Virus record (IMG/VR): IMGVR_UViG_3300035666_000005
Location: 56,877 to 120,876 of that record
DNA length: 64,000 bases
Reading direction: 5' to 3' (one strand)
From: a virus
Position 1 is the first letter of the stretch. Each line of letters begins with the position of its first letter. Positions 58,452-64,000 of the stretch are shown here, piece by piece. The notes beneath the pieces were generated by a model that was not told where the DNA came from, did no database searches, and saw nothing but the letters and a program-made list of their open reading frames with translations. The position numbers and the translations under genes are program-made.

Positions 58452-60009
58452 TTTCGCGCCACTGTAAACTAGCAAAAGTATCACTTGCATTAGTGCCAAT
58501 TCCAGATCCAATTATAACAAAAACATTACTATTCGTACTATCGATATTTTGACTAATATATCCTCTTTTTGCGCTTGATAAAGCTGCTATTTGAGATTGT
58601 GCGCTAAATTTTCCAGCACCCTGACCGCCAGCAATGCAATATCCTGCGTCTACTAGCATTCCACTTGTAAAATTAACGCTTGTTGCACTAATATTATATT
58701 GAACAACGCTTTCATCATTTGCACTCACCCAAGAACCGCCAACTATCTGCCCCGTGCTTGGAATTCTCCAAAGCTCATAAGTTATTGCATCTGTTAAAGT
58801 ATAAATATTGGCCATGTTTGCTCTGACAACACTACGGTTTGGTTTTCCGTAATATCCAGTTTTTAATGCTATCGCAACTAAAGGAAGTTGACTGGTTGTA
58901 GTTACAGATCTTGCCATTGTATTTCTTGCTGAAAAATCTACACCTGCTTCATTGTAGCCACCCTCACTAATAACCGTTGCACAAATTTGATCCATCGTAT
59001 CTGTACCAACTGCGCTGCTATAATTTCTAATTTCACACCGGACTGGAAGATTTGGATTACTCCAATAAACGGCGGGTTTATTATTACTATTATAGAATTC
59101 GTGAGCAATCACGCTTTCGCCATTATGAACAAACCCAGCGCGTACTCTTCCAACCCCAAGCCATTGAAAATCTGCTGTAAATAATTGAGTTTTAGTAGGG
59201 TCTAAATTAAAACTCGACGCACCACTTCCATTGCATTTATCAATGTTCCAATTATTTTGTGTTATTCTTTCTTCCGATACAAATCCAGAAACATCACCTC
59301 TTAAAACAAGTGATAAAGTCCCATCGCCGCTCTGTTCAAAAAAGATTCCATTACGGTCATCAAAAAGACCAATTCTTTTATTTGTGCCATTACGATATCC
59401 TGTAAAATTAAAACTTTGGAAAGTTAATTCACTTTTACCTGGCATGTAGTGATGATACATGCGGCTTTGGTGGATGGTAAAATCATTTGCGCCAGTCCCA
59501 ACTTGCAATATTGCTTTTGCTTGATTAACATTGAATGATACAGAAGCATTCGCCCCACTAGTTTTAGTTAATAGTTCTGTTTCTTCTCCATAAACATGGG
59601 AATAGTCAGCGAGGGTAAATGGGTTAGATATTCTTTGGCGACCAAATGCATCTATTTGCGCTGATTGACTTGAAAAATTAGTTACATTAACATTAACTGG
59701 ATTGGTTACAGATACGTTACCCGTAACGTTTTGAACTGTTGGAAAATTCGCAACAGTTACGTTGCCCGTAACGTTACCCGTAACGTTTTGAACTGTTGGA
59801 AAATTCGCAACAGTTACGTTGCCCGTAACGTTACCCGTAACGTTTTGAACTGTTGGAAAATTCGCAACAGTGACGTTGCCTGTAACGTTTTGAACAGCTG
59901 GGAAATTGTTTACTAAAACTCCATCAACAACCGAAACTTGCACAGGTGTATTTTGGCCTTCTTGTTCGGCTTTATGTATTGTTTTGATCACTGTTGTACT
60001 ATTACACAT
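58444..60009 (-). CDS. Putative virion structural protein with NVT-rich repeat stalk
   Basis: DAFGRQRISNPFTL and DFQWLGVGRVR lectin-like phage domain; likely start 60009. Confidence 0.65.
   Translation of the reverse strand: MCNSTTVIKTIHKAEQEGQNTPVQVSVVDGVLVNNFPAVQNVTGNVTVANFPTVQNVTGNVTGNVTVANFPTVQNVTGNVTGNVTVANFPTVQNVTGNVSVTNPVNVNVTNFSSQSAQIDAFGRQRISNPFTLADYSHVYGEETELLTKTSGANASVSFNVNQAKAILQVGTGANDFTIHQSRMYHHYMPGKSELTFQSFNFTGYRNGTNKRIGLFDDRNGIFFEQSGDGTLSLVLRGDVSGFVSEERITQNNWNIDKCNGSGASSFNLDPTKTQLFTADFQWLGVGRVRAGFVHNGESVIAHEFYNSNNKPAVYWSNPNLPVRCEIRNYSSAVGTDTMDQICATVISEGGYNEAGVDFSARNTMARSVTTTSQLPLVAIALKTGYYGKPNRSVVRANMANIYTLTDAITYELWRIPSTGQIVGGSWVSANDESVVQYNISATSVNFTSGMLVDAGYCIAGGQGAGKFSAQSQIAALSSAKRGYISQNIDSTNSNVFVIIGSGIGTNASDTFASLQWRETR
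59714..59908. repeat. 57-bp (19-aa) tandem repeat VANFPTVQNVTGNVTGNVT, ~3.4 copies
   Basis: TTGAACTGTTGG recurs at 59731, 59788 and 59845. Confidence 0.92.
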
Positions 60010-60048
60010 TTTTTTTATTCTTTTTTTAAATATTAATATAATGTTTAT

Positions 60049-60207
60049 ATGAAACAGTGTCAAATGCACATATCCCCAGCGCCCGAATGTCTTGTGCCAT
60101 GCCCAGAAGAAGCTACCGAAATACTAACATTAGGTAATCATACAGACATGTTACTTTGTAAAGAACACTACAAGTCTTTTAATAATCTTCATAAACAAGA
60201 AGATTAA
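60049..60207 (+). CDS. Small Cys/His zinc-finger-like protein (52 aa)
   Basis: MKQCQMH...C...C...LCKEH; TATAAT at 60037-42, 6 nt before the ATG. Confidence 0.55.
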   Translation: MKQCQMHISPAPECLVPCPEEATEILTLGNHTDMLLCKEHYKSFNNLHKQED

Positions 60208-60535
60208 ATTAAAATCTAGAAAAATAAAAACCCCGCCGAATTTTTAGATTTGATTATTATTATTTATTATCTTTTACTCTTAAAGTTTTAGAAAAGGGTA
60301 GGGGGTGGCGTACATATATAAATACAGAGAAACCTATACATTACTATAGGAATATGTATAGAAACTATATATAAGAATAAGAGTAATGGGTTAAATTAAA
60401 TTAATTAAAATAAAAGTCCAGGAGATTGAAATTTCACCCCCCCGGCCCTAAAAAATAAAACGCCTGTTCGAATTTTTTCAAAAATGGGAGGGGGTTATCA
60501 CCTCAAAAAAAATTTAAAAAAATGCAAAAAATCGC

Positions 60536-60563
60536 TTGCTTTTCTGCCGTCCCGTGCTATTCT
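60536..60563 (+). promoter_or_regulatory. Sigma70-type early promoter (leaderless)
   Basis: TTGCTT-N16-(TGc)TATTCT with upstream A-tracts; ATG 6 nt downstream. Confidence 0.75.
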
Positions 60564-60569
60564 TTAACC

Positions 60570-60752
60570 ATGAAGAAGAAATACTACACCAGCACAGAGA
60601 TCATCGAATACGCCGAACAGGTCGGCGCGGTCTGCACCTTCGCCTCGCTCAGTCTGCGAGTGTTCAAAGGATGGACAGCGAAAGGCTCTTACGAGGTCAA
60701 ATTCCATCGCGTTGAGCCTTGCGTGTGGATGAAAAAAATCGTAAGAAAATAA
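60570..60752 (+). CDS. Small early protein (60 aa)
   Basis: MKKKYYTSTE...; start set by the promoter. Confidence 0.7.
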   Translation: MKKKYYTSTEIIEYAEQVGAVCTFASLSLRVFKGWTAKGSYEVKFHRVEPCVWMKKIVRK

Positions 60753-60761
60753 AAAAATCCC

Positions 60762-60789
60762 TTGACTCTCACCGCATCTCTGATACTCT
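60762..60789 (+). promoter_or_regulatory. Sigma70-type early promoter (leaderless)
   Basis: TTGACT-N16-(TGa)TACTCT; ATG 6 nt downstream. Confidence 0.75.
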
Positions 60790-60795
60790 AAAAGC

Positions 60796-60975
60796 ATGAA
60801 AGAAAAAACACCACAAAAAGGCCAGCTCTGGGTGAGCGGCAACACAGTCTACCGCGTCATTCGTAACGAGGGCGACAAGACTCACGCTCATAATCATGGT
60901 AAGATGGGCCTGTTCTACACACGCAATCTGAAGATTGCGACCCCTTCCCAAGTCGCAGAATACTTGGGAAAATAG
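60796..60975 (+). CDS. Small early protein (59 aa)
   Basis: MKEKTPQKGQLWVSGNTVYRV...; translated by hand, below the ORF-track cutoff. Confidence 0.7.
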   Translation: MKEKTPQKGQLWVSGNTVYRVIRNEGDKTHAHNHGKMGLFYTRNLKIATPSQVAEYLGK

Positions 60976-61011
60976 TTTGACAATCACCACAAAACCTAAC
61001 AGAATAACAAC

Positions 61012-61200
61012 ATGACAAAAAAACAATTCACCGCCATCGCTCACATCTTGGGAAAACGCTTGGCCGAAAAAGTCGAAGCACCCATCGCAGAATACGAAGT
61101 CATCGAAGCTATCGCGTCTGACTTTGTCGAATACTTCAAAACTCAAAATCCTTTGTTTAAGGAAGAACTCTTTTTGGAAGCCTTCTATACCAGAAAATAA
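61012..61200 (+). CDS. Small early protein (62 aa)
   Basis: MTKKQFTAIA...NPLFKEELFLEA; upstream TTGACA-N17-CAGAAT-N6-ATG. Confidence 0.75.
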   Translation: MTKKQFTAIAHILGKRLAEKVEAPIAEYEVIEAIASDFVEYFKTQNPLFKEELFLEAFYTRK

Positions 61201-61204
61201 AACT

Positions 61205-61294
61205 ATGTCAATCTGGGTTCCACTCTTTTACCTGTGCATCTTTCCTTCTGCTTGTGCGATCCTCATCCTCTGGGCTGATTCCAGACAAAAATAA
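61205..61294 (+). CDS. 29-aa membrane peptide
   Basis: MSIWVPLFYLCIFPSACAILILWADSRQK; fills the gap between neighbouring ORFs exactly. Confidence 0.5.
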   Translation: MSIWVPLFYLCIFPSACAILILWADSRQK

Positions 61295-61298
61295 TCAC

Positions 61299-61478
61299 AT
61301 GAAAAAATACATCACATTCGACAAGATTGCCTACGCAATGTCCCTCTCCACATTCATCTTCATCGCGGTAACGCTTTGTGCTGCTTGCATTGACTTGCAA
61401 CACCGAACCAGCAAAAACCAAAAGCAAATGCAGGAAGAAGTCCGCGCAATGTTTGCCCACATCGAGAAACCTCTATGA
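61299..61478 (+). CDS. Small membrane protein
   Basis: One hydrophobic helix; likely start 61299. Confidence 0.6.
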   Translation: MKKYITFDKIAYAMSLSTFIFIAVTLCAACIDLQHRTSKNQKQMQEEVRAMFAHIEKPL

Positions 61479-61675
61479 TCACACCCAACATCCAAAAAGC
61501 TCTTGAGTCAAACGGAGTCCGTTTCTTTGCAAAAGACTTCCTCATGGAAGGTATGCGGAAAGACTGCGTTGACGCCGTGCATGATGCAAAACTCGTTTAT
61601 GACTTACTGCGCGAACGCATGGAAGTCATTCTCTCACTCACTCCAACTTATCCAGAAACAGAAACAAATGAGTAA
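61475..61675 (+). CDS. Small early protein (66 aa)
   Basis: ATGA-coupled to the previous gene; RKDCVDAVHDA motif. Confidence 0.65.
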   Translation: MITPNIQKALESNGVRFFAKDFLMEGMRKDCVDAVHDAKLVYDLLRERMEVILSLTPTYPETETNE

Positions 61676-61856
61676 AGACCAAGTCAAAGCCGTGTGCGAT
61701 TACTCGCATGATGTCATAAAAAAAATCAGAGCAATGTTTGGCATAAAGAAAAAAGTGCCGTCACTTCTTTGTCATAGTCTCGCGCACCTGAACACCGCGA
61801 CATGGCTCGAGCGCGCCGTATGCAACGGCACAATCATGGACTACAAGCCGCGATAA
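61668..61856 (+). CDS. Small early protein (62 aa)
   Basis: MSKDQVKAV...; overlaps the previous stop. Confidence 0.6.
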   Translation: MSKDQVKAVCDYSHDVIKKIRAMFGIKKKVPSLLCHSLAHLNTATWLERAVCNGTIMDYKPR

Positions 61857-61857
61857 C

Positions 61858-62045
61858 GTAAAGCGCTAATAATCAAGCACTTACGGCGGCGCGCCCCGCC
61901 GCGCGACCTAAGTCCTTGATATTCAACGACTTACACAAACACACATTCACGAAGCATGCCAACATGCGTGTCAAGCACAAAAAATATTTTTTTTAATCGT
62001 AAAAAAATCCCTTGCTTTTTCCATGATCTGTGCTACTCTGTATGT
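61858..62045 (+). repeat. 188-bp intergenic element, copy 1 (palindrome - GC hairpin - palindrome - TGCCAA/TGTCAA box - A/T tracts - promoter)
   Basis: Colinear with 63122..63309; landmarks at identical offsets. Confidence 0.92.
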
Positions 62046-62399
62046 ATGAAAGATAAAGAAAACACCACGTTCAACGTCAACGGAACCCTCTGCACGCTCG
62101 TCGTCTCGGAAGACTTCGATGGAGATTGCACTAAACTCTGGCACGAACTCGTCAGCGTCGAGACTGGCAAGACCATCCACACTCTCGGCTGGTCGCCTTA
62201 CTCTTGCCCTTCTGATGAAGAAGTGCAACAGATCATCGACCTCGGTTTGCCCGATGGTTTGCGCTGGGCTAACTTCGATCCCTACTCTGGTTTCAACTTC
62301 GACAGCGAAACGCTGGCGAAATACCTCGCTGGCTACGAAGGTGTCAATGGTGGAAAAATGGAATTGACCTTCCGCAAGCGTTCCGCCATGGCCGCATAA
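62046..62399 (+). CDS. Early protein (117 aa)
   Basis: MKDKENTTF...; ATG 6 nt after the -10 box TACTCT (62034-39). Confidence 0.75.
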   Translation: MKDKENTTFNVNGTLCTLVVSEDFDGDCTKLWHELVSVETGKTIHTLGWSPYSCPSDEEVQQIIDLGLPDGLRWANFDPYSGFNFDSETLAKYLAGYEGVNGGKMELTFRKRSAMAA

Positions 62400-62442
62400 A
62401 AAATCTCTTGCCATTAACCTCAACATCCCATATCCTAACAAT

Positions 62443-62733
62443 ATGAACAGCATCCACGACGACTACAACACGCAAACGCAATCCGACGAATACGCGACCG
62501 AGCACGAGGAAGTGCGCGGCACGTTCGCGGCTGAACCCGCCAACGAGGACAACCTCACACCCGCGCAGGAGTTTGACATCCTGTTCGGTTACGCCGAGGA
62601 GCGTCACCGCAACGATCCGTGCGCGCGTCCCGCGCCGGAACCCTACGATGGGTTCGAGGGTCAATGGCCTGGGGATGGGTCTGGCTTCGACGACCTCGCG
62701 GACTTGGGCGAACAGGAAGGTTGGGACAATTAA
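62443..62733 (+). CDS. Highly acidic early protein (96 aa)
   Basis: 25 D/E versus 4 R and 0 K; promoter TTGCCA-N17-TATCCT-N6-ATG. Confidence 0.75.
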   Translation: MNSIHDDYNTQTQSDEYATEHEEVRGTFAAEPANEDNLTPAQEFDILFGYAEERHRNDPCARPAPEPYDGFEGQWPGDGSGFDDLADLGEQEGWDN

Positions 62734-62737
62734 AATT

Positions 62738-62968
62738 ATGACAAACACAGACGGCATCATCAAGTCACTCGAAACGCTCATCAAGCATGAGAAAGTTATC
62801 CAAGCGCAAGAGTGCGACATCATCCAACTCAAAAACCTTTTAGCGCAAGCCTTGCACACGATCACCGCACACGAGCAAAAACTTAACTTCCTGTGTGGCG
62901 TTTCGACTACGCTTGCGGTAGAATTGGGCGCAGTGAAAAATCAGCAATTCTCGCAAGGAGTCAACTAA
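62738..62968 (+). CDS. Small coiled-coil protein
   Basis: MTNTDGIIKSLE...; likely start 62738. Confidence 0.65.
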   Translation: MTNTDGIIKSLETLIKHEKVIQAQECDIIQLKNLLAQALHTITAHEQKLNFLCGVSTTLAVELGAVKNQQFSQGVN

Positions 62969-62969
62969 C

Positions 62970-63122
62970 ATGAGCAGAATAATTATGACAATCGACACGC
63001 GCCCACTCGCGCGCGCGATTGAGCGAAGCGTTCGCAAGACAACTTGCAAGCCTTCATTCGCTATGCGTGTCAAGAAAAAATTCGCGCGCAAGGCAAAGTT
63101 TTTTCGCGGTTGGTCTGACTAG
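62970..63122 (+). CDS. Small basic protein (50 aa)
   Basis: AAGGAG SD upstream; MSRIIMTIDTRPLARAIERSVRKTTCKPSFAMRVKKKFARKAKFFRGWSD. Confidence 0.6.
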   Translation: MSRIIMTIDTRPLARAIERSVRKTTCKPSFAMRVKKKFARKAKFFRGWSD

Positions 63123-63309
63123 TAAAGCGTTGAATATCAACGACTTACGGCGGCGCGCCCCGCCGCGCAGCGTAACTCATTGCAAATCAAGCACTTACAG
63201 AATATGCTGTTCAGATGCCGTGCCAAGTGTCTTGTCAAGCAGAAAAAAAATATTTTTTTAATCGCAAAAAAATCATTGCATTTTTGCGCGGCTGTGCTAT
63301 TCTTTAAGC
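63122..63309 (+). repeat. 188-bp intergenic element, copy 2
   Basis: Same architecture as 61858..62045 with an identical 20-bp GGCGGCGCGCCCCGCCGCGC core. Confidence 0.92.
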
Positions 63310-63465
63310 ATGACAGAGAAAGAAAAACAAATCCAAGCCCTCGAGGAAAAACTCGAACAAATCGCAAACGACTTGATTGATCCCATGCTGGACGATCAAA
63401 CGACCGTTTTACTTCATGCAATGAGAAAAGTGCGCGAAAAAATAAACGCTCTCGTCGCGGAATAA
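63310..63465 (+). CDS. Small coiled-coil protein (51 aa)
   Basis: MTEKEKQIQALEEKLEQIA...; ATG 6 nt after TATTCT (63298-303). Confidence 0.7.
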   Translation: MTEKEKQIQALEEKLEQIANDLIDPMLDDQTTVLLHAMRKVREKINALVAE

Positions 63466-63503
63466 TCCTTGCAACCGAACGCAAAATCACAGAAAATAAA
63501 ATT

Positions 63504-63746
63504 ATGAAAATCACCAAGACTGACCTCTACGACACCCTCATCCAAGCTCGCGTTGCCTTGTCGAAAGACATCCGCGAAACCTTGCGGGGTCGCCACCTCT
63601 CCTACGTTCAAGACCTCTCGCGGAAATCCATCCGCGAAAAAATCGCGGCCTATCGGTTGCTCTCTAACCTCTCGGAAATCAACGCGGAAACCTACACGCA
63701 CAGCAAGCGTGACCTCGCTCGCGTAAAAAAAGCTCTTGCCAAGTAA
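63504..63746 (+). CDS. Small early protein (80 aa)
   Basis: ORF-track ORF with TTGCAA-N17-GAAAAT-N6-ATG upstream. Confidence 0.7.
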   Translation: MKITKTDLYDTLIQARVALSKDIRETLRGRHLSYVQDLSRKSIREKIAAYRLLSNLSEINAETYTHSKRDLARVKKALAK

Positions 63747-63771
63747 CGCAACCTCTGACAAAATCACCACC

Positions 63772-64000
63772 ATGACACTACTAAGCACCAACAACACCAA
63801 AATCAAAAAAGGCGAAAAGCTCGGCTGGCGCACTTACGGCCTTTCACTCTCACCCGCTGGCAAAAGTGGCAAACAATTCTGTCCGCATCGCTCGACTGGT
63901 TGCGAGTTTGCTTGCTTGGATGAAAGCGGCATGGGAATCTTTGCCAACGTGCAAGCGGCTCGCCTTGCAAAGTCTCGTTTCTTCATCGACAATCGCAACG
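63772..64000 (+). CDS. Phage gp88-like Cys-rich protein (partial)
   Basis: MTLLSTNNTKIKKG...LSLSPAGKSGKQFCPHRSTGCEFACLDESGMG...VQAAR; CP-x5-C-x3-CL pattern recalled from the GP88 family. Confidence 0.7.
   Translation, partial: MTLLSTNNTKIKKGEKLGWRTYGLSLSPAGKSGKQFCPHRSTGCEFACLDESGMGIFANVQAARLAKSRFFIDNRN

Noticed and set aside
3673-59916. Short antisense or alternate-frame ORFs nested in long genes (e.g. 12977-13405, 27294-27875, 41307-41729, 36642-36857)
   Set aside because: Shadow ORFs of biased or repetitive coding sequence, with no motifs or start signals.
60002-60007. TTACAC at 60002 as a late promoter motif
   Set aside because: It lies inside the first codons (ATG TGT AAT) of the 58444..60009 gene.
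63063-63074. Third partial copy of the element (ATGCGTGTCAAG)
   Set aside because: It falls inside the 62970..63122 ORF and lacks the other landmarks; may be coincidental.
61858-63309. CRISPR array or tRNA interpretation of the palindromic repeats
   Set aside because: The 23-bp segment between palindromes is conserved rather than unique, only pairs occur, no cas genes are present, and no cloverleaf is evident.
60564-63833. Minus-strand ORFs in the GC-richer region
   Set aside because: They overlap a fully tiled set of plus-strand genes that have their own promoters.
1-64000. Stop-codon reassignment
   Set aside because: Genes are long, intact and tightly packed under the standard code, and end in TAA, TAG and TGA.

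Overview
The window is a 64-kb segment of a large tailed dsDNA phage genome, probably siphovirus-like (tail tube and tape measure present, no recognisable sheath). Spanin-like lysis genes suggest a diderm host. Positions 1-~60,200 are AT-rich and mostly minus-strand. They hold the late/morphogenesis region: phage sigma factor, ERCC4 nuclease, terminase, portal, fibre genes, lysis cassette, protease-scaffold, capsid, neck, tail tube, a 3001-aa tape measure and tail-tip genes, plus PhoH, Hsp20 and a glycosyl/methyltransferase cluster. From ~60,500 the sequence becomes markedly more GC-rich and plus-strand, with small early-type ORFs. The most striking observations are: (1) a positionally rigid 188-bp intergenic element in two copies, made of paired 27-bp palindromes carrying IHF-consensus sites around an identical GC hairpin, then a sigma54-like box, A/T tracts and a leaderless sigma70 promoter; (2) a tape measure protein segmented by a repeated G(F/Y)(I/V)PNFA motif, with two PD-(D/E)XK nuclease-like inserts between motifs; (3) a GTGTAA candidate late-promoter motif, probably read by the encoded sigma factor; (4) widespread leaderless gene starts. 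All calls come from reading motifs by eye; no database searches were run.
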